In this document: positions 26,200 to 37,970 of the stretch, piece after piece
Numbering within the stretch: the stretch's first letter is position 1
Layout: every line of letters starts with the position of its first letter
From: Anthoceros angustus
Lineage: Eukaryota > Plantae > Anthocerotophyta
Reading direction: 5' to 3'
DNA: 64,000 nucleotides
Assembly: GCA_010909165.1 (NCBI GenBank)
Contig: MU008165.1
Span: 806,001 to 870,000 of the forward strand
Translations under genes and position numbers: made by a program
The notes under the pieces: generated by a model
The model's database searches: none
Told to the model about the DNA's origin: nothing
Seen by the model: the letters and a program-made list of their open reading frames with translations, nothing else

Positions 26200-26645
26200 T
26201 GTCATGCATGCAGTGGCTTAAACTCCCATTCCATGAGCACACACACTTACGTCGGTCGGTCGCCGCCCCTCGAGTCAACAACTGCAAATGCATGCTTTCC
26301 CAACTACCATGCACCGCGTCTGATTGCAAATTGGCATGCGCAACTCTGCAGCACGCTACAAGCTACAAGCGGGTGGTAGAGACTTACGTGTGTGAGTGTT
26401 TCTTGTGAAGCTTGACAAAACTCTTTATGGCCACTTGTGTCTGGTTCCGTGACCTACGTGCAAGGCAATAGAAAGGATTTAGCTGGGTGTGGGCAAAAGG
26501 GCTAAAACAAAGGAGGTAAGGAGAACCGACTGGACGTTAGTGTGCTTGACGTCGTACCTACGGAGGAAGCAAAACGAGACTTCTTGTTGTCCTATTGGCG
26601 GCGGCAGGAGCTAAGCGTAAACTGGATGCCACCGGTGTGGGCTGC
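26200..26645 (-). pseudogene. Possible spliced gene fragment
   Basis: Successive canonical acceptor/donor sites on the minus strand (ttttgcag / gtacgac..cacgtag / gtaagt..tttgcag / gtaagt). Product not recognised. Confidence 0.3.
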
Positions 26646-29249
26646 AAAAAAAAGAGATGTGATTAGATGGTTTCCAGCAGAACCAGGATCAAAAAGTGCA
26701 ATTTAATGACACCTAGGGACTGGAACCAGAGACTAGGTGACTGAAAAAGAAGCCCATCAGACGCCAGGTACGTGTGGTGGGCAGTACCTAGATGAATGGA
26801 AAGTGGAGCCGATTGCGTCAGACCTCCCCCGAGGACACCAGCCAAACTGTGAGCAAGAGGTCACTGTGGCGAAGGCACTGATCGTAAACCAGATGCCGTC
26901 GACCGACTGTAACGAGGTTCAATATCTCACAACTGTGAGCCAAGATGATGAGTGACACACTTTCCGTTCAGTTGGAGTCTTCCAACAGTTTGATAGTGAG
27001 GTTGTTCTGTATCCTGTCAAACGGGTCGACCTTTGAGATGTCTAAACCTTGAAAAGAAAGCCAGACTGTTGACCAAAGACTGGACTATTACAGGACTTGT
27101 CAGGCCCACGACTGTAACAGAGGCTTATCTATCTCACAACTGTAGCCAAGATGCTGGACGACCCACTCAAACGATTTGAAAGCAAGAAGATATTAAGTTT
27201 CGGAAACCAACCTGAGAGTGTGCAGTGTGGGTGTGTGAGGGCGTCCTGCGGTCAAGTAGTGGTCAGGACAAGGTCAATGAGGGAAAAACAAGGGCAAGAA
27301 AGGGCAGTGATGTTTAAAGTGATGACAGACAATTGCAAACCCAACCTGACCTTTCCTGTCGCGAGGCTCCAAGAATGCGCGTTCTCCTCCTTGTCACGAG
27401 GTGGGCGAATCAACGTGATGAGCATGGAGCTCTCCGCTGTAGGCTAGAGGCTAGCGATGCAGACCATCCCTACCAGAAAGGGCACCCTATGTTACTTGGA
27501 TGTTGCAATTTTTGTTACACTTCCACATTGCAACATGTTTTGGAGGGTTGGTATTAAGTTTGTTAGTTCTGTCCCGTTTGTGCGCCATCTTAACACGAAC
27601 GACACTCTCTTCCCACCTCCCCTTCCGGTACACCCTCTCTCACAAGCATTGTTAATAATTTCCACTTCCAACTTCCATGGTTTGATGGCTTGGTGTTAAG
27701 TTGGTCCATTCTTTCTCTTCCTTCTCCCACCATCCTAACACAATGCTTGGTCTCTCACTTCATGTACCACTTCAAAATTGCAACACTTTATGGTGGCTTG
27801 GTGTTCAAGGTGTCCTTTTCTTATCCACTTCTCACCCCATCTTAACACAATACTTGGTCTCTCTCCTCTCACCTCACCCTCCTATTTATTGCCCCCTTAT
27901 CACACCCTTTTATACTCTTTCACTTCTCCTCCTCCTTCATGGTGAGAAGGACCTCCCCTATCACGCCATTTTATACTCTTCCACTATTCCTCTTTCAACT
28001 TGCTTGTTACAATGACCTCTCTCGCCCGCTGTCCTTCCTTCCTTTTACCTCCTTTGCATATACTCAATATACATATATATGTTTGTAGGCTTCAAGACAT
28101 AAGTATGTATGCGTTTATATGTACACATCCATCTGTTATACTTCTATTATATTAGTGTATTTGCCTCTTTGTATACGTATACGTCGTATATAGGCATCAA
28201 GACTTGTTTATATAATAATATATATGTGCTAACCCTTACGTCACTCTCATACCTTACATATCTAAGTGTTTGATTTTATTGACAATTTAAATCAAATTTT
28301 TGGACACTTCAATCGTCCTCTATCCCACCTTTGTTTCCACCGATGCAATCGAACTCCACGTGATATGGGCATATGCGTCGCGTGCACCACCAACATGTGC
28401 CTCGGGCGGGCGGCCAGCGGCGTCACTTGGTGACTCTTGAGACCAACACCAATGGTTTGAGGTTCCTCCACATCTTCCTACACCTATCCTGACCTCTATA
28501 ACCACTTTCACAATTCTGAGACGCTATGTCAATGCCGGGCTACAAAGGTGGGCAGACCAATTCCTCTTGTTTGTTGCTAATTGACCATCACCGGTCCACC
28601 CATGCACCTGGCGACTCCATCGTCCGCAGAAAACATCTCGACCATTTACATTCCCCTCCACAACGGCCCCCTACCCATAGGGGTACCAACCATTCCTATG
28701 TCACTTGCGCCTACACCCCTTCGCCACCGTCCACTCGGACTCCTCTTGCGGCTTCAACACCCGTTGTCTTTTGCTTGACCCTCTTCGCTCGGCACCTCCT
28801 CGTTTCGTCTGGTGTGGTCCACCTTACGTGCGGCATTCGACCCACTAGCCTCAATGGCTAGCCCTTCACTCCGGCCCCATAGGCTGCCAAATCACCACTT
28901 CCACAATTACGGCAAACGAATAGCATTCAATCTCTCGATCCGGGTTGCCACCCTACTCACGCTTTTGACACGGATCGTGTGATCGCCTTGTCGGTGGCAC
29001 GCCATCACACCTCCGGATCCCCACCATCCACGTTGCCTCCGGCATCACTTGGTGGCGCTCCCTGTTTGGCACCTTCCCTCCATCTTCCTTCTCTCCAGGT
29101 TGTGCCTTCCTTCACGACCCTTCACCTTCCACCGTTTTCCCTTCCCTTCTTCCCGTCATGCACGCATCACCATCACACGTCCTACATAGCGAAACCTACA
29201 TATCACAACCAAGCATTCCATTAACCAACGACTATTTTACCACTCCGAT

Positions 29250-30820
29250 TACTCGTCCAATCCATGCCTTGCTGCCCACTTCAACTCATCCAGGTTGCGC
29301 TCCCTCCCAGCGTTGGACATACCGTTTCTCGAACTCCTTTGCTCCCTCTGGACCAAAGGGATTCGTCCCATGCTCGTTGCAATTCTTGCCGGCGTTGCGG
29401 CGGCTTCGTGGTGTTGGCCACACACCCCATGCTTGTACCGCGTCACCACTTCTGCCCACCTTTCTCCATGCCTTCTCACATTAGGCGGATGCAACCATTT
29501 TGCATCCTTCCCTTCTCCCTCCACAATTGCGACTTGCACCTTCTTGCCCACATTGTGGTTCCTTGTCCATGCACCGCAAACCGGCCACAATATCCTCGCG
29601 CTCTATACTTGCAAACTCATACTCTACCTTCCTCACCGTCTTTCTCAAACTTTCGTGGCTCGACCATGGCACCATCACTCCATTTTGCACACACTAGCTC
29701 CAACACGCGGTGGAAGGCCTTCCTCACTCGTCCTTCCTCATCGGACGACTCTTCATCCTCCTCCTCATTCTCTATCCACCCTCCATCGCATAAGGCTCAC
29801 CCATGTACACGCCACCACGCCCATGTAGCGCACAACACGGCTATGACATCGCCTAATGGCTTACCGGCCGGTGCTCGTCAATTCTCCAATTTCATGTCTG
29901 GCAATGTAGTCGGCATGTCTTCCTCGACCTCGGCATCCGCCATCTCCACATCTTCCTCCTCGCTCCCTCTCCCCATCCTCTCGGTGTCCTCCTCCTCACC
30001 GCCCTCCTCACCATCATAGGCATGCGCTCCTTGGCCCTCCTCCGCAACCGTCCACCAGCAGACGTCTCCACTCCCACTGCAGGAGTCTCCTCCCCTCAAA
30101 GGCTCCCTCACCACGTTGTTGGGGTTGTCCGTCGCCACCAGCGGAAGGTCCACAAACGTATGCCATCTCTCTCGGCAGCCACGGTCACCCTCTTGTGCAC
30201 CACCACCATGCTCCTCAAGTTGGACCACGCCCTCAAGCTCCAGACTAAGGCCAATGTCCTCGTTCCCTCCGGATGTCGGCCTGGCGAATCCCTCCTCCCG
30301 GCGCTTTGGTATCTCTCCTGCAGAAGCTTGTAGCGTTAGCTCCCCACATTGGAGACACCACTCCACTTCCGGCCGCCGAGCATCGCCGCCTCTTGGCAGA
30401 CTCCACTCTATGAAGGTTCTCCCCTCGGCACCTCCACCTCTCGCCGCTTCCCGCTCCACGCCATGGCATCCACCCTCCACTTGGTGGAATCGGCTTTCTC
30501 CACGACCGCGCCCACCTCACTTGCCGCGCTTCCACCATCCGGCGCCGTGCTTCCATCCGGCCGTTGGGCGCCCGTCTCTCCGCCAAGTCCCTTGCATGGA
30601 CCATTTTCCGGCTTCGGCCTCTCCTCTCGGACCGCTCGATGGGCTAACTCCTCCTTCCGGCCGTTATGCACGGACATCCGCGGATTGGCGTTGTTCGAGC
30701 TTAAGCGAGCGACTTGACCAAATCCTCAAAGTCAACGTCCCAAACCATGGTCGAGGAAGGCCAGCAGTCACTGCACATACTGGCAAACCGCGACAAAGTG
30801 AGCAGGAACTCCGGTAGCGA
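29250..30820 (-). pseudogene. Antisense accessory ORF with acidic low-complexity tracts
   Basis: ORFs 29878-30480 (EEEDTERMGRGSEEEDVEMADAEVEED) and 29249-29590. Minus-strand TATA (tatatatgcc) near 31070. The same upstream block recurs at 36740-37200. Confidence 0.45.
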
Positions 30821-31089
30821 TGGCCCAAAGGCGGTGAGGTAACCACTGGTGATGGGGAAGAGGGCAAGAGGAGAAGAGGGGGCGGCGCAAGTCCTAGGGC
30901 ATGCCGGTGGCTCATGTGCCATGCATGCCGATTTTCGCGGGCACAAACTCGGAGTTTGCGCCCACCACCTATATGTGTACATGTGGCATTCACATGCCTA
31001 AAACACCAGCGCAACCGGCGATTGTCCACCACACCATTACTCGCATATGGCATCCATGCATGTTTGGCATATATAGGCATCCGTGTTTA

Positions 31090-31540
31090 TACGATTTTCG
31101 TCATCCAAGGACAAATTTAGCCCATTATGGATTACCATATCGCATCGAAGGAAAATAATTTCCCTTTGCTCATGCGCATTTCGTGGTCCAAGGACAAAAC
31201 ATTCCGTTTATGGTCATTTCGTGACCCAAGGACAAATGTTCCTCATTTGTCATGACCATCTGCCCTCGGTCAATTTTGGCCATTCTGGATGACCATTTCG
31301 AAAGCCAAGGACAAATGTTTCCGATTATGGAAGATCATTTTCTGATCGACGGACACTAATTTGCCATTGTTCATTACCGTTGCGTGGTCCAAGGACTATA
31401 CATTCCCATCATGCATGATCACTTCGTGACCCAAGGACAAATGTTCCTCATTCGTCATGACCATGTCTTTGCCTCATGTCAATTTTTGGCCATTACGGAT
31501 GACCATTTGGAGCCAAGGATTTGCCCTTTGTGGACAAGTG
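31090..31540 (+). repeat. Degenerate ~41-bp tandem repeat with ccaaggacaaa core, about 11 copies
   Basis: Cores at 31105, 31188, 31226, 31305, 31389, 31431 and 31513. Confidence 0.8.
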
Positions 31541-31720
31541 TTCACAATGCCATTTCTCAGGTAATGCCCACGGATGTAGCATGCCATTTCAAGGCAAGAC
31601 CAGAACTTGCCATGCTCCACGGACCATGCATGTGTTAATTGCTATTTTTATGCTTTGCCCGTTCTAGCATACCACATTGCCTCTGATCCAGATCGACCCG
31701 CGATGCGGCGATGTCGCGAC

Positions 31721-33700
31721 CACGTAAAGTCGCGGCCTGCGTCTGGGGCCTCGGCCAGCTTGATTTTTTTCGGGGTTAAAGGGTAGATTTCTAGAGAGAG
31801 AATTGACCATTTGGTCATTATTTTTACTCAATATAGTAAAATCCATTACAATAGAGTAGAAAACATGGCATGTCGGGTGAAATGCATCCACCATAAATGT
31901 TGAAACCAGGGCAGCGGGGTAGAAAAAAATAGACACCAAGTAAATACCAGGTACCAGCTTACAACCTGAGACACAACCAGCTACCCAGTAGTGCACACAT
32001 GTCGCAGATCAAAATGTATCCAAGTTACGTCGGACTGTTCCACCGGCCTTCACACTTCTGCAAAGGCACACAAGGCGCACAGTAAGAGCAGAGCCAACTT
32101 CCAAAGATTGTTTACTCAGAGAATCAGGACCAACACAACCACATAAAAGAAACCAGAATTGGCTTAGCCAAACCTCATTGTAAGAGCAAAAAAACATACA
32201 TGCAAAATAGCATACTACAATTGCTATCTATGCTACAAGAAAAGGACACAACATAGGAACAAATTACATGCAACCGACGTTACAGGAAGACACAGCAGAA
32301 AATAAAACAAAGCACGCGTGCAAACCAACCTCCAAACATAGACAAGAATCCAAACATAAACACTAAAAGAAACAAACACTTGAAGAGACTCAAAAGACGC
32401 TCTGTCGGTTTGGGACATTATTTGAGCAGACACGATATACTACGTGTTCTTACTTCCGATAACGTCTAAATCGGGGCGTTAGCACTTCAACGAAACATCG
32501 ATTCGCAACTACAAAGATTTTCGGTGTTTGCAAGCGACAAACAAACAAATGCAACATTAAAGAACACAACATGCGAACTCTAGACACAAAACTCCTATTT
32601 GATAAAACAGCAATTTCATAATGAAACTTGACTGACATAAGAAGGAAAAAAACCAAAACAGTCAAGTACTCACAGTCGGGTGAAAATGTTTTTGTTCGAT
32701 TCTGAGAAAAAACAACAATTAATAGAAGTATAAGAGAGGAAAGCATGGCGGAATTATGCGGAGAAACCAACGCATGCCACGCATAAGCAGAGCTCAAAAG
32801 TTCAGCAAAAGCTAAGGTACCAAATGAACTGTTCTAAGGCTTAAAAAAGAGGATGGAAAAGACAGCTCTGTTTACAGAACAAAGTAGAAGATGATCCCAG
32901 ACGTCTGACAGTACCGTCAGACGTCGTTTCAGATAGCTACAATCATACGTAGATATCAGTTGTGGATGGTTCGTTCAGCCAAGCAGCCTAGAACATAAGC
33001 AACACCAACGGTACCTAACTAGAAAGGTCAAGACTTGACTACAAATCAAAAGGAAAAGAAACATAGATACTTTCTTACAGGATAGAGTACTACCCGCAGT
33101 GGTATGTCACTCCCCTTATCTTTGTGTTTCTCCCGTGATTACAGAAGAATACCGTATTTCAGAGACCCAAAAGAAACTACATGGAACGCCTACACTTACG
33201 ATTTATTTCATTGGAAGCAAGCTGTTTAAGAACAGAACAAAAACAAAGCTATTAAAAGGCATGCTCGTGAGGGGCCTTGGTGTAAAGCGCGTGGGGCTTG
33301 TAGTTCAAAACTTCAAATCAATCAACAATCTTCAAAACTTGACAATAACTTCAATACCTCCAACTAACACCGTCAGTGACCTCGCGTCAAGAGACACTTT
33401 TGATAATGTCCTCCATTAAGCACACTTTAAAACCAGACACACAAAGCGAGAAATGCGCTCAAGACATCTGCGAATCAAAGAAGAAATTTCAAGGGCGCTT
33501 GACCAAACAATAAGACATCAAACAAACAAGAAGACAATGCAAGATCAACGAGGAGGCGCAACACACTCCTTCACTCGAGAAAACCGCCAAAGACCTAAAC
33601 GAGCAAAATCGCGAGAAAGCATGAACAGCGCTGAACCAAAAGACATAAGACTGCAGGAAAAGAGGTTTATATAGACAAAGAAACCCTAGGTTCTCTCTCT
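31721..33700 (-). mobile_element. Element carrying a decayed intron-rich minus-strand gene, ending in a CACGT-type terminus at 31721
   Basis: T-rich intron-like minus strand; minus-strand TATA (tatataaa) near 33670; terminus shared with 25640-25820. Confidence 0.45.
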
Positions 33701-34189
33701 GTCGGCGCCGACAAGCTCTCTCTACCAGACCTAAGTTTAAATTCCCAGACCTAACTCCCGAAGCCCGGTACCAAACCTACCTACAAAAATGATTCGTCCA
33801 CACCGGCCCGTATAACCAAACCTAAACATTCCAAACCAACGGCGGGCGTAAGCGAACCTAGGAACGAATCGCTTCACACTGGTATCCAAGCTGGAAGCGC
33901 CTAGAACCATCCACCTCCTCTTACTTAAAACAAGAGCAGTCTGCCACGTCCTCTAGCCCTCCCGCGTCCGTCATTTCATCCGCATCACTTTTTGCTCACA
34001 TCTAGTGCCCAACATGTTTTGGTGTACTTCCTTGCGCCATGATCTTTCTCTACTTCCGCAACCGCTTACGGGAGAAGGTCGGGTTTCGATTGCACAAGTA
34101 AGTGGATAGCATTTTCCGATGGATATACTTGAGATACGGCCGCGCCTCGGTAGTGCAAAGCCGGCGGGAGCAATGAGGAGGTGTCGGGG

Positions 34190-35389
34190 ATGGCGATGGC
34201 GGCGCCAGCTCTGGTGCGGGAGGGGCAGTCTTTGGCCCCGCTGGTCTGCAGGGATGCGGGCAGCAGAGGAGGAGGAAGGGCGTGGTGGCCATGGTGGCGG
34301 TTCCCGTCCGGCCTAGCTTCACGCCCGGCAGTTCCACGACGGGGAGCTGGAGTTCGATCGGCGCCTCCCCTTTCACCCGCGGACATCCGGGCTGCTATCC
34401 CCAAGCACTTCTGGGAGAAGAATACCTTGAGGTCCTTGAGCTATGTTGCGAGGGACGTGGCGGTGGTCTTGGGCTGCTGGCGCGTATCTCAACAACTGGT
34501 TTGTGTGGCCTCTCTGTCTTGGTTCGTGCAGGGCACCATGTTCAGGCCTTGTTCGTCTTTGAGGCACTGCACTGACAGGAGCTTCTCCAATAACAAGACG
34601 CTCAATAGCGTCATCGCACCTCACGCACTCGTCCATTCTTGTGCCGTTTCACGGGTGGAGGATCAGCCACGCACCACCGGAACCACGGGCATGTGGAAAG
34701 ACGAGTCCTGCACCCCATGTCGGAAAGCACGTACGGGGTTGGACAGCGTTACCGGTCGGCAGGCTCTCCTTGCCCTGGGCCATGTTCGCCTACCCGTTCT
34801 ACCTCTTCTCCAGGGCCGGGCAAGACAGGTTCCCATTTCGACCCGGCCGACACTGTTGTCCCTGGGCGGGCAGTGCTCACCTCCACGCCCTGGCTGCCAT
34901 GGCCGCTCTCTGGCGGGCTGGCCGTGGGCCCCTATCTGGATGCTCAAGCTCTACGTTGTGCCCTCGGCCAATGTGGTGTGGCTGGATGTGGTCACCTACC
35001 TCCACCACCACGGGTATGAGCACAAGGTCCCTTGGTGCAGGCGAGAGTGGAACTACATGCGTGGAGGGCTCTCCACCATCGACCGGGACTACGGCTGGAT
35101 CAACAACATCCACCACGACATTGGCACTCACGTCGTCCATCATCTCTTTCCCAGTTCCTCACTATCACTTGGTGTGGAGGAGGTATGAAGCCTGTCTTTG
35201 AGCAAATATTACAGGAGCCCAAGAAGTCTTTGTGGTTTCCTCTTCATCCGCCAACCCCTGGTCAAGAGCATGAAGGAAGACCACTATGTTCGACTACAGG
35301 AACGCCGTCTTCTACCAAACGACTCAGCCGATGGCAGTGGGAAGTGGAGTGCACTCGCCTCCCCTTCCGACGCGTCTCCGGGCCGATAA
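34190..35389 (+). CDS. FAD7: Plastid-type omega-3 fatty acid desaturase (FAD7/FAD8 family), intronless, frameshifted in this sequence
   Basis: Transit-peptide-like N-terminus, then ADIRAAIPKHFWEKNTLRSLSYVARDV, LVPFHGWRISH..HHRNHGHVE.DES, WLDVVTYLHHHG, EWNYMRGGLSTIDRDYGWINNIHHDIGTHVVHHLFP, DHYV. The first His box is garbled. Confidence 0.9.
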
Positions 35390-36158
35390 GAAGGAAGGTA
35401 TGTTTTGCCGAGGTGGATTGAATGTAAAGTGGAGTTCATGGCGTTTGTCCTTGATGCGTTGCGACTTGTCGAGAAGAATGGTGATCATTTGAGCAGACAT
35501 TTTTGAAGACAAAGAAGCATAGGGATGCAGAAGCTGGCAAGCTCGGATCACCCGTAGGTGGTGTGCTTGAGTCCTCTCGTTTCTTCTTGATGCTTAGTAC
35601 TAGCAATTTGTTTCGTTCATGATCGATGGTAGTTTGAGGTTATGTGCAGGTGTGATTAAAATCCAATTTCAGAAGTCTCATTGTGCAAGCGAGTTCAAAG
35701 CATCGATAAAGTGATTGTACTTATGGACTTCCTGCAAAGTGATTGCTCGGCCTCAACGCCCTTTTTCATATGTAAGGGTCACTCGGACTCTTTGCTTCAA
35801 TTTGTTTTCTTAGGACCCCAGTTTAAGGACTGGTTTACTAACAAGGTGCTTTTCCTGTGTGCCCTCGGATACAACACCACCCAAGGTGCGAGTAAAAGAT
35901 CTCCAACAGACATTGTATGCAGCGGGACTAGCCCAGTGCTCTGGTTTACTTTTCTCTCACGAAACTCCCAAAGGTATATCCGGCTCATGTGTTGGTGTGT
36001 TATGCGAGCAATAGATACCGTAGGTACCCTTAACTTACATCCAATGGTTCCCATCACAAATCTTTAGGTCTGTAAGTGCGGATATGTGCAGAAAGGGGCC
36101 CGTTTGTGAAGCTAGAGATTGCCGAGCTGCGGGATCTTCACCGGTTGATAACCAAGGA

Positions 36159-36198
36159 CACGGAACCCACCCCGAGTGCCTCAGGGGTGGGTTCCGTG
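36159..36198. other. Perfect 15-bp GC-rich hairpin
   Basis: cacggaacccacccc-gagtgcctca-ggggtgggttccgtg. Confidence 0.9.
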
Positions 36199-36459
36199 AG
36201 GGGTCCTTTGCGTACCCCTCACCATCCAATTTAATGTAGCAGCTCTGACCCTTCCAGGATGCGTTCGGAATGTGAAAGCGACGACGCAATGGTGGATATT
36301 GAAGAAGGTAATGAATCACTTTGTCATTTCCTCTTTGACTGTTTATGTTTACTAACCAATGTAACATCTTTCAGATAGTGACTATCGAAGTGTTCAACAC
36401 AATAACATTGCCGTGAACCTCTTTTGAAAAAACACTTCAAGAATGGTAAAACCAAGGCG

Positions 36460-36670
36460 TAGAAATATGAAATGTTACATCGTGGAGAGAAAAAAAGTAT
36501 AACACTTCGCAAGCAACAAGTCTTTAATTTTGAACGACCCTCGGCTCCTTCTCGATCTGCGGATCAGTGCGGCGCTCGGCCCGAGACTCGGCCGCTCCCC
36601 TTACGGAGGCGGACGTGCGTCGGGGGCGCACGCCCCCAAACGGTCCGGCCCTATGACTCGGCCTGACGTG
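36460..36670 (+). repeat. GC-rich element end homologous to 12530-12760, ending ..ctgACGTG
   Basis: Alignment by eye with the reverse complement of 12530-12760. Confidence 0.72.
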
Positions 36671-37969
36671 TATGCCCGTCCCTTCCAGAGCCCGTGGTGG
36701 CCAGTATGACGGGGTGGCCATGGTGTGGGGAGTGGTGGTCGGCGTGGGCGGCGCGGTGATGGGGGAGGAAAGAGGAGAGAGGAGGGAGACTTCGTGGCGT
36801 GCTATGCCACCGCAACCTTGGCTTGCCATTCCTCCATGCATGCCATGTATGGTCCCCTATGTTGAAGGCCATGACAATGTCATGGCCTTGAAACTGCCAT
36901 GAACCAAGACAATGGCTCCTATCTCTCGCATAAACTTGTCTTCTCCACGTTGTCCAAGAAAGGTGTGGTGAAGCCATTTTAATATTTGAAAAGCCGGGCA
37001 TGGTAGAAAACATGCCATGTCAAGGTCGGTGCATTGACAGACGCCGTTCTCTATTTGATATCTTCTTCTACACCATTGTGCAAGGGCGGTAGGTGGCGCG
37101 TGAGAGCCATTCAAGCAAACTAAATGCCCCCATTCATTATGCCATGAATGAAGGACCCGGCCGTATGTGAATTTGCCATATATATGCCAATTCGCGTTCT
37201 CCCATATAATGATGTGCATCGTTCGAGACTCCCGTTGTGCGATCCACCAATCAAAGCGTCACATGGCGAGCGTGTCATGTATTCACACTTTCGGCGGGGC
37301 GCCCTGGCGGCTCGTCACTCGTCACCGTCGCAAAGGATATCCGGACCTTGGGAGACATGACATGTACCGTGTTCCCGGTTTGCCCCTTGCGCCACACTGC
37401 CCCTCCATGAATTTACCGCCAATCAGCATTGATGGCCATGCCGACTGCCATGTCTCCTTTCTCACATGTAAGGCTGAAATTCAAGATCCTCTCATCCGCA
37501 ACCCGATGTGGCACGGAGGACAAGGCTGCCTAAGGTCGTCGTGTTTAAATGTCACTGTCACCTTGCCCTCGCTTCACGCTACTACCTTTGTTTTGGTGGT
37601 GGGGAGGATAGGTCCAAACGGCGGAATAAGCGGTGTCGTCGTCTGGGGCCTTTATGAAAGTGAGTGGGGTCGGGGATGGGATACTCTGTTGAGGATATCC
37701 TTACAAGGATCTAAATCTTATTCGATATCCTTTTTCCATCAAGTTCGAATCAAGGACAACGGAGATTTTCTCCGAAGCGTAAGTAGTGATGTTTTTGACT
37801 TGTTGATTTTGATAGTTCGACTTTCATTCACATGGTGATTTGATTTTCTCTTGTGCGGTTGATGTCTTTCTTTCGTGGTTTTAACCGAATTTTAACAAGG
37901 AAGTGCATCTTGAACCAAAGCCGGGTTCGATGTTCCTGATCAACATGTTTCATGGAATTTTCCATGGGT

Positions 37970-37970
37970 N
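37970..37970. other. Ambiguous base, probable assembly join
   Basis: Single N; family E copy C is truncated at this point. Confidence 0.8.

Larger units (their letters stand above)
27470..31560 (+). mobile_element. Degenerate LTR-retrotransposon remnant: LTR-like region, integrase-like fragment (about 28330-29250), antisense ORF and ~41-bp repeats
   Basis: 27500-27560 resembles the Gypsy LTR motifs at 19560-19700; weak integrase-like translation; long acidic minus-strand ORF. Confidence 0.45.

Noticed and set aside
26400-26460. Kinase-like VAIK motif in a small minus-strand exon
   Set aside because: A single short motif with no other kinase subdomains in neighbouring exons.
26900-27170. ~50-bp direct repeat about 200 bp apart
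   Set aside because: Real but short and degenerate; most likely an internal TE/LTR repeat with no further structure.
36159-36198. Helitron 3' end
   Set aside because: No CTRR about 10-12 nt from the hairpin on either strand, and no Rep/helicase motifs in the window.
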